A stretch of 55,507 bases of DNA. Origin: Phoronis australis (lineage: Eukaryota > Animalia > Phoronida). The stretch is from contig NMRA01000787.1 of the NCBI GenBank assembly GCA_002633005.1, forward strand, positions 28,690 to 84,196. The letters run 5' to 3'. Position numbers and translations under genes: made by a program. The notes beneath the pieces are model-generated. The model saw only the letters and a program-made list of their open reading frames with translations, made no database searches and was not told where the DNA came from. Shown here one piece after another: positions 25,244 to 37,505 of the stretch (the first letter of the stretch is position 1; each line of letters opens with the position of its first letter).

Positions 25244-25770
25244 TAAAAATGGCACTTGGCGTCTTTGTAATGGCAATCGTTTGCCACATGATCTTCCTTT
25301 CCACAACGAGGGCATGTCCCTTAGGAAGAGTAACTTCCTTTCTTTTTCTTTGTAATTTAGCACTGGCTCCCTATAGACTACTTCCTTGGCTACTTTCCAA
25401 GCATGTTCAATTTGTGTTGCGATTTGGCCAGATGTGTAAATGTCAGTTCAACATCACTGAGTTTGAATAATGCTTTGAGTGATGCCACGTAATTGTTCAT
25501 GGCTTCTTCCTGGGGATACTTGGTGGTATTAAGTCGCAGTTGCCAGCATCTTGGCGATTGCGTGCGGCCAGCGTGCATTGTCCGTTCACAATTTGAAAGA
25601 TTCACGAACAACGATACATTTGGGATCGAACTGATTCTCCATTAATGGCTGTCTCTTACATAGAAATGCCATTTATGTCAGAGTTTGTTGTCCTGCTAAT
25701 ACACCCAATAGTTTATACGAAGTATTACCCTGATTAGTCAGGAACACCCGGGCAAGGTTGTCACCAGGAA
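25244..25770 (-). mobile_element. Gypsy family-2 gag fragment with CCHC zinc knuckle and PBS
   Basis: Manual translation GTCPRCGKEDHVANDCHYKDAKCHF (25314-25250) is a C-x2-C-x4-H-x4-C knuckle plus the start of a second one. Upstream are QEEAMNNYVASLKAL and a PBS-like TGGTGACAAC at 25766-25757. Confidence 0.72.
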
Positions 25771-25929
25771 TGGAATTTACAATGGCAAACGTTAGAAATC
25801 TTGCCCAGTAGTCCTTCAAAAATTCAGATGAACTGTCAAAAGGCTAAAATGTGGGGAACTTAGGATGTGACTGAGCCACGCTTTGTGGCTTTGCCAAATG
25901 TGCCTCTATTGCATTGGAATGCTGCATTT

Positions 25930-26780
25930 GTTCTGTATTCTCTTGAATTTGCCCTTGCATCAAAGATATCAATTCCAAAAATTCGGCCACCATGCAAAAT
26001 TCAGTCATCCTCGTCACCAAAACTGCGGTGTTGATTGTTGTGTTGTGAGCCCAAGACCAGAGGTTTTGGGATTTTCTGTAGATAACCCCATTGGCGTTAT
26101 TAGTATTCAGAAAATGAAAAAATTTAGGTGTTTTAGTAACACCAAATAAACGCTCGGGCGTTTATTCAAAAAAGAAGGGTGTGTAAATAAATTTGCTGAC
26201 TTCGACATGTTTTTCTGCTACATTCGTTGTGTATTCTCTTGAATTTGCCTTTGCGTCAAAGATATCAATTCCAAAAATTCGGCCACCCTGAACTCTTTTA
26301 CGTCCTCATTGCAAAATTCAGTCATCCTTGTCACCAAAACTGTTGTGTTGTGTTGTGAGCCGAAGACGAGAGGTTTTGGGATTTTCCGTAGATAACCCCA
26401 TTGGCGTGTATTCAGACAATGAAAAAATTAGGCGTTTTAGTAACATCAAATAAACGCTCAGGCGTTTATTCAGAAAAAAGGGGCTGACTTTGACATGTTT
26501 TTCTTGAAACTTTCTAAATTTTGTGTTCATAAATGCATAGTTTGCAAACACCTGACTCGTTTTTATAAATGATAGATGCCCCACAAAACCGAATTTGTGA
26601 CTAAAAGTTGATGCTGAGTGAACTGTTTAGAGGAAATTTTTGATGGATTTAAAAAAACGAGAAAATTTCAGGAAGTAAAGAGGTCGGGCTTATTTTTTTA
26701 ACAAACGAGCGCACCTTTCTATTTCAAAATCGGTCGGGGTACAGACCAGAACTAGCTTTGCGTTTTTGCGGCTTGCCTTA
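25930..26780. repeat. Non-autonomous DNA-element-like repeat with internal tandem duplication; relative at ~29530-29860
   Basis: ~25930-26190 is repeated at ~26225-26480. The motif GGATTTTCYRTAGATAA recurs at ~29534 and inverted at ~29840. Confidence 0.6.
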
Positions 26781-28059
26781 GTAGTTTGAATTGGAAAGTG
26801 TTACTCTAAATAGACTCTGTCAACAGAGTAAGCCATATATTCAATTTTCCAATCCTTGATGGTCATTAAATTTGCGGGATACTGTTTATAGTTACATGGC
26901 CATTTATTGTTAAAATTCATGTGACATTTCATTCCTGTTCAAGTCTGACCACTATATTTGGAAAGTTCCTGATAAGTTCATTTGAGATCTGAACCTTCTT
27001 CAGTATTGACACTTCTGTTTCATACTTCTTTCATACTTCAACACATCAATGTGTATACCTTTAAACGTTCGTTGACTAATTGTGTGTTCTCCAAAACAAC
27101 ATTTTAGTTTTAAGCAGTGACTGTCAACCTTCGTGAATACTTCACGAGTGTCACTCATGTTTCACCGTTTTACCTGTTCATGATCAACGCATGAAAGTAT
27201 ATATTTTTTAATGCTTCATGAAGACGAACCACAATCTGTACTTATATTAGAGAAGTCTTCTGAATCATTGAGAGTTGTTATTGTAAAAAATGATGGCAAG
27301 CTTTGAACATGGATTTTTTCAACACATGGAGAGATTTGCATGAAAATTTGTACACTTGATTAGTGCCCTATAGTGTATAGTCGAGGGAAGGTTGCCTCGA
27401 TTTTTGACGTCAGTTTACAGATATCAGCCATTAAAAATGAAGGGTTGTTATTTGATAAAACGTGAGTGGTGCCCACGAAAGTTGACATAGCCCGTAAGTC
27501 AGGGATGTTATTGTAATCGAGAATTAACAGTGATTGCATATGATTATTCAGCATCCTGGATGCTATGTAAAAATGCATGTAAAATAAGTCATACGATGAA
27601 CATGAAGTTTACTGAAAAGGAACTGTTTTGTGGCTATTAACAGTCATGGCTAGGTAGAAACATCACAGATGAAATGTTTAGACTGACTTCTTGAGAATGG
27701 TGCATACCTTCTGTCTGCTAATGTACTGAAAATAGATATAATTTCGAACAAGCGGTCTTCACACCAGTCTGTGATGTCTTCTACGGCCATCACGCAAAGT
27801 ATATAAGTTCTGACATCTGTTACACCCATAGGTGACATTAAGTGTTTATTCTCAGTCCTTGACTTGGAGGGTATGACTTAATCATGTTATGTGTGAATCA
27901 ACTAATCCTGACCTTTATCATTTGCCGTGCCTCTAAACTTCTACGCACGCTTTTACCCTTTCCACGACTATTTCGTTCTTTATACGCATCTACAACCATT
28001 GGTCTTCTACTAACTCAATGTCTTTTCCTCATGCGACCGCTATACAAAAACATCGTTTG

Positions 28060-28105
28060 ACACTCTGAAGGAAGGCAGACGGGGATCTGTCTCAAAAACT
28101 AGCAG
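28060..28105 (+). ncRNA. Degenerate hammerhead-like motif (probable PLE pLTR remnant)
   Basis: CTGAAGGAA-GGCAGA-cgggga-TCTGTC-tcAAAAAC-TAG. Stem II is intact but the GAAA core is mutated. Confidence 0.3.
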
Positions 28106-28570
28106 TGGCAATACGAAGTTGTTCAAGTCGACACTCGTGCTTTCATCTCACCAAACTCCCGTTTTGCATTATCTATTCCATATCTAGATCTAAAACAAAA
28201 ATAAGTTCATGGGGTTAATAATTTGGCGGGATATGTATTGCAAAAACCTAGAAATTTTGCATAGGTGTCGTGTTTGTTGAAATATCGCCTTAATTTGATT
28301 TCGAGTTAATGCATTGGTATATACGGAAAGAAATGGTAATTGTGTGCTTTACATGTAATTAATTTCTTCGTAAATAGAAATATTATATAATTAGCGTACA
28401 TGTTTGTCCCGTTCTGATATCACTAGTTTTGATGTTCACCCGAGAATACTTCGCAAATTTGCAATTTTGCATGCAGTTCTTTCTAAAAATACCATAAGAG
28501 CTTGGGTTTGATAAATCGATACAATGTGATGTCTCATTGAGTACAATTATGAGTGATTTGTGAACTATCT

Positions 28571-29295
28571 TTAGATGAAAGGCAACATTTCTACAGCCTC
28601 TGGTTGGGTTCTTGTAAGCCTGTGCGACCTCTGGTGGATTTGGAACATCCAGATTGGAAATTAACAATATTGACGTCTTCTCAACCAGATCAACCATTGA
28701 CAAGAATATCTATTCCTTATGTAGAAAGACTTTCTGAACAATTACTATTTGTGTTCAAGAAATTTGATATCACCACGTCTTTCAAACCTATTGTCAAATT
28801 GAGACATAAACTGGTGTACTCTACAGACAAACTACCTGAGGGAAAGATAGTTAATGTAGGCTATGGAGTACAATGTGGAGAGAGCCCTGAAACTAATGTA
28901 GCTGAAACTAAGCAGTACTTGAAAGCACAGTTGTCCCATTATTGTCGGCCTAGTTACGATGATACTGTCATTGATCTGGTCACAGCTTTGATCTTGGCTG
29001 TATAGTTATCCTTGACAAGGAGGGAAATGGTTTGAACAGGAAGTCAAGGAGTGTATACACAAAAGAATTGAAATTCTGTCTTTGAACCAAAGTGGAAGCT
29101 TGACGGAATTCTGGCTAGTTTCCCAGCGCGGATATTCTCAACTCCGACCGAATCCACCTGAGGTCACACAGGCTTGAAAAAGCTAACGCGTTTCCCAGGG
29201 CTCACAAACTCTGTCGTCACGGATATCTGGAGGGTCTGTACAGGAGACCATGAACAAGCCAGCACAGGCTGGCGAAACGTTGCCTTTCATCTCAA
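28571..29295 (+). mobile_element. Penelope-like retroelement 3' fragment (linker + GIY-YIG endonuclease) with inverted pLTR copy
   Basis: ISIPYVERLSEQL..FKKFDI..SFKP..KLRHKLV..DK...VGYGVQC...AETKQYLK, then ILDKE, is the typical PLE C-terminus. 28616-28640 is the inverse of 29151-29175, and 28571-28602 is the inverse of ~29263-29295. Confidence 0.88.
29249..29283 (+). ncRNA. Degenerate minimal hammerhead ribozyme in PLE 3' region
   Basis: caTGAacAa-GCCAGC-acag-GCTGGC-GAAAC-GTTG has a perfect 6-bp stem II and GAAAC, but the CUGANGA box is altered. Confidence 0.55.
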
Positions 29296-30156
29296 GTAAC
29301 CTCAGAAATGACTGATAGTTTTCTGCATGATATAGCTTGGGGTTTGAAATAAAAAATCTTTTACACATTGATACATACCAGGAATTTCCAAAAATAGGCT
29401 TAACCGAATGTGTGCCTTTGGATGTATTTTTGGAAAATGGTGGCAAAGAACACTTCGTGAGCATATTTTCGATAACTGTATGTTTTTACACACGGAATGG
29501 GTTTTGATGTAAAATTTGTTTACTTTGGTACCAGGATTTTCCATAGATAAGCCTAATCGATGAAACGCCCATGGGCGTTTATTTGGTGTCTTGTGTCAAG
29601 TGTCCAGATAGTGGGGCGTTTGTTCGTAAAATTTCCTCTTAAAAGCCCTATCAGCGTCAATTTTTTTGTCACAAATTCAGTTTTGTGGAGTATTTATCGT
29701 TAATAAAAACGAACAAAATGTTTGCAAACTATGCATTTGCGTATCCAAAACTATGACTTTTCGTGTACACGCCCTCTTTTCCGAATTGACGCCAGGGCGT
29801 AATTTAGTGTTACTGACACGCCTGAATATACATGCCCATGGGCTTATCTACGGAAACTCACAGTAATGCATTATATTTTGGGATTGTCATTTATCAAAAC
29901 ATCGCATGTTTTTAAAGTTATCTAACCGTGTTAGCACCGTATGAAGGACAGTTTGCCGATTGCGAAATGCATATGGACGAATAAAATTGTTAATAGTGAG
30001 ATACAACTACATATATTTAAAACATGCTCATTCGATGCATCTATTTCTTTGTGACGTTACTATGTACGTTACTATGTACGTTACTACATAGCATATATTT
30101 TTGCTACGTACTTGAATGGATGGTTTTCGTTACTTTGAAATATTTAGGCTATTCCT

Positions 30157-32130
30157 TCAGACTCCTGAGCTATTTGGATATGCTCTGATATCTTGGCAAT
30201 CGTCTCCATCGCATCTCCCGTTCAATATCTTCAAAGTACGTCTTAAATCGACGGTAAAGATGTTATAAAGTGAAAAATATGCATTCCTGCCAGGATACGA
30301 CTCGGGCCGTGTAACAATGAAAAGCAGAATGACAACAGCAATGCATATCACAAGTTACATAGTGTTTGCGTTTGACAGTAACGTGCAGTGTTTCGCTTTG
30401 GCAACTAGACCAGGCGAAACCTCACTCTGATTGCGTGGTGAATGGGCACAGTGGTGGAAAGAATGTCTATGGGATTTAGGCTGTTGAAAAACAGTCGTTC
30501 AACTCCCTTAAATTTCGTCAAAAATATTTCGTCTATATGTAATACATATATTGCCGTACAGAAAATAACGAACATTGTATCGAATGAGCGTGATAAAAGA
30601 GGATGTGTTTCATTAAAAAACTTTTTGATGAACAAAACTGGACAAAAATGTTTGTTGCATCTGTTAATGGTTTATGTTCTTCCGCTCTTTCACTTTTGTC
30701 GAACTAGCGTTTTCATTGGAGTCTTCAAATGGGTCCTCTTCGTCGTTCTCAAATTCGCGGCCTGTGTACTCATCAAAATGTTTAACGCAGTTTCTGACAA
30801 TATACCCCGGCGTGTGTTCAGTTTTGTTTCACGTTTTTGAAATATTGTTTTCCGAATATTCGTCCATGTGCAAATTCCCGGTAGTCCATTCGCTTTAGCT
30901 TATGCATTGTTTCGATGAGGGTAGTTTGACAGTGATCGCCAATGTTTTCCAGGTCAGCCAAGTTGTTACAAAAATCCTGTTGTAAAGTAATATCTCTAGT
31001 CTGTATTAGAAGCATTATTTTTGAATATGTCAAAAGTATTCGTCACAACTAGTGACATTTCAAATATCTTGCTGCAAATTGCTTGCTGCTTTTTCCACGA
31101 TTTTCACCAAATGGTCACAACTACAACACTGGGACATCCCCGTGAAAAGTATGTGTAATGACTATCTTGTATTAAAATACTGACAATTTTGTATTTATTT
31201 ATTTATGTAAAACCACCGACATCGTATTGGTTAAAATATTCATATAATACCAACGATCTTGTACTTGACAAAATGTTATGTAATAGTGACGATCTTGTAT
31301 TTGTTAAAATATCTCAAATATTGACAGTCTAATGCTATTTGTTAAATATTGTTTATGTAATACTGACTATGTTATATCATGGCAATGATGAGAATATTAT
31401 ATTTGTTGAAATATAATATCTGTAATAGTTTAATTCTGTTTGCTAAAATGTCTTTTATGTAATACTGACAACCTTACTTAATAAAATGTTATATTACGGT
31501 AATAATGGCCATCCTTTCTTTATTAAAATATATTTAAAAGGTGATACAAACCCGTGTTCTGTAAAAGAACCGAACTTTTGTCGCTATAAACTTCGTTTCC
31601 ACTTGTACTTACTCGGATGCCTTGTGATTTCTGGGTTTGCAAATAATTGATACTTCAATAAAGATTGAGATCATGCTCGTTGCTAAGATGACACGCCTTG
31701 ACAAGTTGGCAGGTTACAGAACCTGATCTCGCAACTATCAGTTCGTTCAAAGCCTGGAACCATCTCCAAGTTGACAAAGTATTTGAAACCTATTTTGTAG
31801 CGGGAAGTGATCTGAGATTAAAGTTGTTTTTGAGATGCAAAACGTTCATAGCCCCTGTGAGGGCCAAGAACAAATTGAGTGTAACAAAGTGGAAGCTTGC
31901 TGGATTGTGCAGACGCCGCCCTCTTCACTGCGCACGTACATGATCTCGACAGGTGGCAGAAGAAGATGTTTCCCTCTGAAATGCACACGCATCAGCTTGC
32001 GATTTGTTTAAGTCCCACGCAACACCATCTTTCATATCATTGTTTTGGTTCATGTTTTGAGGTGGAATCATAGACATCACTTACACCGGACGCACACGCT
32101 ACTGGAGCTGACAACTTGGCGTGATATTGG
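30157..32130 (-). pseudogene. Decayed spliced gene of unknown family
   Basis: Donor at 32084, exon 31975-31613 (ttcag| ... |gtaagt), acceptor at 31121 (tgtag|). Broken protein-like frames include CDHLVKIVEKAASNLQQDI, PGYIVRNCVKHFDEYTGREFENDEEDPFED and RFKTYFEDIEREMRWRRLPRY. Confidence 0.35.
31155..31530. repeat. Degenerate AT-rich minisatellite (~35-45 bp unit)
   Basis: Recurrent taatactgacratcttgtatttgttaaaat variants. Confidence 0.7.
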
Positions 32131-32473
32131 AGTGTTTCTGGTCACGTGACAAGTCTGTCTACATCAAAGACATCCGATCATCAATAAACACAATGATAAT
32201 TAACTGTCACACGTTTTGCTCAAGACCCATAGACTGTCATTAAAAAGTGACTTCGGCAAATTGGTCGAGATCACACAATACACATGTCAGACGTTTTGCT
32301 TAGAGTTCCCACCATCACCCTGTGTCTCGAAAAGAATTTCATTGATTCAGCTCAAGAGATTTAATAGCCTTTTTACCCGTTTCTACGAAATGACCCAAAA
32401 CATTAAAAAAGTATTTTTCTGTTATCGGGTTGTACGTAATGAGGAAAGTCCGTGGAGAACTGCCTTTTTAGAT

Positions 32474-32726
32474 ATGAAAAGGTGCGTTTGTGGAGGCTGT
32501 AGTAACAGCATTTTGACTGAGAACGCCTTTGTGTTCAAATTTCCTAACTACGTGATGAGTTGCTGCACAGAAATGGCATCGTTTTGTGAGCCCTACGAGA
32601 GTGGAATGTAAGAGTGGAACATACATTTACGATTTGGTCGGGAGCCATCATTTGTGCTGCACATTTCAAGAAGTCCTGTTTCAACCAAACACAAAAGCTG
32701 CCCTACGATGAAGCACTCGCCACCCT
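32474..32726 (+). pseudogene. THAP zinc-finger exon with two frameshifts (probably transposon-derived)
   Basis: MKRCVCGGCSN...FVFKFP / AAQKWHRFV..TR / AIICAAHFKKSCF, which gives the THAP C-x4-C, FP, W, CxxHF signature. Ends at a |gtaagt donor at 32727. Confidence 0.8.
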
Positions 32727-33095
32727 GTAAGTGTATTTGCAAATTTTATAAATAACTGCTTCTATTCTAAGGCAAGTGATGCCAGGCCCTCATCCCCTAC
32801 ACAGTTCGAGTGCAGTAGGCAGTGCTCGTTCCGTCATGGCACTAGTGAATACGAGTACCCCAGATTTACTGTGGCCTTTGTTAGTGTATTGTTTTGCATA
32901 ATAGTTGCCCAGTTCTCGCTCAAAATCGTCCTCGTCTTCTGATCTGCTGTGTTATCACATTGCAATTGACCTTCAGGTGATGAAACGTGTTCCATCCATT
33001 ACATTTGGCGGGGAAGTTAAAAATAACTAATTTTTCTTCAAACTTGAAAAATTCACGACCATTTGGCATAAAAAGTGCTTAGTAATTTTTATGCG

Positions 33096-33874
33096 CCCAC
33101 ATATTTATATCCTGCAAACAGTTTAATAGATACAGCCATGAGCGCAAAAAAACTGCCTCTAGGAGGCGCCACAGTAGTCGAACAGGCGGTCTAAATCAAA
33201 AGTTTCTTCCACAGAACTTCAGTTTATCATTGTCACTTTAAGTCATTCCTTAAAGGCTAGAAGGATGACAAGAAAAGGACCTTTTAGGCCACTTGCCATT
33301 ATAAAACTGGTTTCAACTCGTTGCTCATACAAATTAGAGAAGTGATGTCATGTAAGCATGACTGACCCACTTCGGTAAACGACACTTCACTAATACAATT
33401 TCAGCACTTTATTGAACCCAGCAACTTCCATTTGGCAACGACAAAAATATTCTCCATAATTATAATTTTAAATTAAGTTAATAANCCCACTTATTTATAT
33501 CCTGCAAACAGTTTAATAGATACAGCCATGAGCGCAAAAAAACTGCCTCTAGGAGGCGCCACAGTAGTCGAACAGGCGGTCTAAATCAAAAGTTTCTTCC
33601 ACAGAATGTCAGTTTATCATTGTCACTTTAAGTCATTCCTTAAAGGCTAGAAGGATGACAAGAAAAGGACCTTTTAGGCCACTTGCCATTATAAAACTGG
33701 TTTCAACTCGTTGCTCATACAAATTAGAGAAGTGATGTCATGTAAGCATGACTGACCCACTTCGGTAAACGACACTTCACTAATACAATTTCAGCACTTT
33801 ATTGAACCCAGCAACTTCCATTTGGCAACGACAAAAATATTCTCCATAATTATAATTTTAAATTAAGTTAATAA
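33096..33874. other. Near-exact 389-bp tandem duplication around single N (33485): likely assembly overlap
   Basis: 33096-33484 equals 33486-33874 apart from a few substitutions, and the join is exactly at the N. Confidence 0.88.
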
Positions 33875-35848
33875 TCCAACTATTTTTAACTTTATAGAAT
33901 CAAACACAATTATTACATTTAACAATAACTTGGCAAACTAAGGCCTTCTGAGCATAACACAATCAGGTCTGAGAATACTAAATAATAGATCAAACATAAA
34001 ACAAAACAAACTACAAGGCACAGTTTCCACAGATGCTGTACAGGCATGTGCATATATGACGGCGTACTTGGTAAATATAAGCATGCGTGAACCTAAAGTG
34101 GTTGCTTCCCAATACTGTTGGTTGATCATCACCTTATCGATCCTGAGGAACGATGCCGTGTGAATAGACGTGCAGTTGTGAAAAATGGTTAGCTACGGCC
34201 TCGAATATCATTTCTTTACATGATACCAAAAGTGTCGCTAGCGTATATGCAACATAAGTGGAAACTACACTTGAATTCCAAGCACCTGCAGGAGACAGGT
34301 GCCACGTTTAAATAAAGACTAGAATCAAAACGTTAGCACTGATTCACTGATTAATACCTTACATTTTCTTAGCACTGGTTCAATGTATAATATAAAATGA
34401 AATATGAATAACATCTCACCAATTTCTGACAAAAATAATCGGCAAAATGACCTTTCATTTTCAAGGGCCTTCTAATAGTGTTAATTGTCCATAAAAGCAT
34501 CGACCAATAGCAACTATTGTGAAAAACTTGAATATGAAAAAGCATTTGATGTTGTACAACTTCCATGGAAAGATGATGTATGTCAGTCATACTGTGTCCT
34601 AAATTGTTGAGCTTTACTATAGTTAAAGTTTCACCTCTTGCAAACTAAGACGATCACTTCAGAGAAAATGATGTCCCTTATTGGTACAGGTTACTATTTA
34701 CAAGAAAGTGTGTCAAATAGCAGGGCAACTGAATGCAAAAGTGAATTAGTGCACATGAATTAAACCCATTTGCCTGCCAGTGTCTTGTGGCACCAACTAG
34801 TTATATTGAAAACACACATATAATCCCGCATTTCCTTTATACCCATCCAAGCAGAATATTTGACTTTTGCAAGAGGCTAACCAAAAACGCACATATCCAT
34901 GACAACTTCTGATCGTCTATGCTAATCTGTGGGTGAACAAAACTGCTCAAGCCTAAGACTACCTAACTAATATTGCAACATTGCTTACTTGTAAATACCC
35001 TAGTCCTACACTGAATTCTAATACAGGTCAGATAACCAGCACTGCAATCAACAAAAAAATTATTGCCACTGAAAACAATAACACCATGGCAACTGGTTAC
35101 AACATCACAGTTTCTATTGGCACTTTTTTCTCCTTGCACAAAAATTCTGACTGACAATAAATCAATATGAACTATCAACTCGCACACATTTTGATCATGA
35201 ACAGCTATGCAATGTCAACAACAAAGCTTGATTTGATAATGGGTATTTATGCATTTTGGTTTCATAATCTTAAACACATTTGTAACTGAACGTTTCTAGA
35301 ATCTACAATTTTATAAAGATGAGTGACTTATAGGTTCTACACTGAATTCACCTAGATTCCGAATATTAATTATTACGATAGTGTGACAAAACGAACACAG
35401 TTAATCAAGTGACACAAAACATACACAACAAAAGCACAAAACTGACGATCACATTCATGCTTGCGTACTTCGGACATTTCGCTCAACTTCAGTAAAGCAT
35501 CACCACTGGTTACACAGCTAATAGATGGTAACAGCAAACTACTTCATTTCATAAAATAATTCCAACTGGTAAGAATCGCAAAGTACATTAAAGGTCACAG
35601 GTGTAGCCGGAGAGTGTTTGCTAGACCTAGTTTTGTGCGAGAAAGCAAGATCTCACAAAATCACGCGAGTGTTTGCAAGTATACTCAGGAACTTACTAGC
35701 CTACACTAACAAAACGGCAGTGACGTTGGGAGTGTTGAATTGTGGGATCAAATTTATTATTTCTCTACCATAAGCAAAGATTGTTTGCTGCAAGTGCAAA
35801 ACTAAGATTGTTTAAAGAGCATTGTTTTTTCATGAATACACAACGACT

Positions 35849-36407
35849 TCGACTTAAAAGTTGATTGATACACTGCCTTGGGTTGAGCATATTAGCGACC
35901 TTAGCCCTCGACCTTCCTATTAAATAGTCACTGACTATTCATCAGGGCTTGGAATTTTTCGCGGAAACGCGGATTTCCGCTTTTTTCAAATGTGCTTTCA
36001 GTTTTTTTTATAATATTTCCGCGTAAAAAAATCGGATTTGATATAAAATTTCCGTGGCAAATTCCTTTCTTACCGCGGCGTTGCAGACGACGTTCACTTC
36101 GAAAAGCGGAAGTTGCTCTTTATGTTTNTCGACTTAAAAGTTGATTGATACACTGCCTTGGGTTGAGCATATTAGCGACCTTAGCCCTCGACCTTCCTAT
36201 TAAATAGTCACTGACTATTCATCAGGGCTTGGAATTTTTCGCGGAAACGCGGATTTCCGCTTTTTTCAAATGTGCTTTCAGCTTTTTTTATAATGTTTCC
36301 GCGTAAAAAAATCGGATTTGATATAAAATTTCCGTGGCAAATTCCTTTCTTACCGCGGCGTTGCAGACGACGTTCACTTCGAAAAGCGGAAGTTGCTCTT
36401 TATGTTT
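35849..36407. other. Near-exact 279-bp tandem duplication around single N (36128): likely assembly overlap
   Basis: 35849-36127 equals 36129-36407 with a couple of substitutions, and the join is at the N. Confidence 0.88.
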
Positions 36408-36649
36408 CGGAGGAACGTAAATTGTCAACATTACCGGGGCATCTGGGACAGCTTGGTGGGATTTTCAATGGCGTCTCGTGTTATTGTTAAGCGCGGCGAC
36501 AAATACTACCGCTCTGCTTTTTTAGTCCTCCCGATTTTTGTCGGGGAAAGGTTCACATTGACCATTTCAAGGCTGGTTATCAGGCATGATTTGGGCCGTA
36601 GAAGTTTCAAAGTTTCCGAGTTTTTTGTCATCGGTCATTCCAAGCCCCG
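36223..36649. mobile_element. hAT-like MITE with 6-bp flanking direct repeat
   Basis: TIRs CAGGGCTTGGAAT / ATTCCAAGCCCCG, flanked by ATTCAT on both sides, with subterminal TTTCCGC/GCGGAAA motifs. Confidence 0.78.
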
Positions 36650-37254
36650 ATTCATGAACAAAATGGAGTCAGTACTCTTTAAAGCCTAGCTTTAATGGTA
36701 ACGCTTGTAAATTTAGTCCCAGCAGTATGTTAAGAGGATCCCTTTGAGCCCACCAGTGCCATAAATTGCCAAACGTAATGAACTACTATGCTTATTGGCT
36801 TGCTTTTGTTCATGTCGCCGGCAAGAATCACCTTTAAATAAATTCAAATAGCTGCTAACACCTACTCACAATGGTGTTCTATTCAGATCCCTATTCAATG
36901 CAACTATGCCAAGAATTATGCAATGACACTTGGCTTACCTCAAAATCCAACTGCTGCCTGGCGGTTTGGTAATTGGCCCAATTATATAATGCACCCAGCA
37001 GAACTAATGAGCGACATGTGGCAGCATTACAGAAACTTTTGGGTTGTAAAAGCTGTATTTCTTGCCCAGTTTTCAAAATTCAAAATCCCAATTGCGTGTA
37101 CTTTGCATGAACTATGCAAATATGCTATTTAAAAGTCTTCAAAACAAAAATTTAAAAAATACCATTCTCATACCCATTGTGTTTATGATTGGTCTGATTA
37201 TCTAGACAATGATAACATCAGGAGCATGAGGTGACATAATTAATTACAACAGCA

Positions 37255-37505
37255 CATGCGCGCACCCAGGGGGTGGGCTCGGGGGCTCAATTGAGCCCCC
37301 CCATTTGGCTAAGTAGGCATAAAGGTCGGTCTCGGAGAAACAAGAAGTCCGGGAAACAAGACAAAAGTCTGCTAAAAAGGCGTAAACGCACAATTCACAG
37401 CTCCGAACATGGTACCCCATTTTTTTAGTCCTGCTTTTTTGTTAGTAAAAGGTCCACATCGTCGGCAATTCGAGCCCCCCTTATGAAAGGCAGGGTGTGC
37501 ACATG
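37255..37505. mobile_element. hAT-like MITE with 5-bp flanking direct repeat
   Basis: TIRs CATGCGCGCACCC / GGGTGTGCACATG, GAGCCCCCC subterminal motifs, flanked by CAGCA on both sides. Confidence 0.72.
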
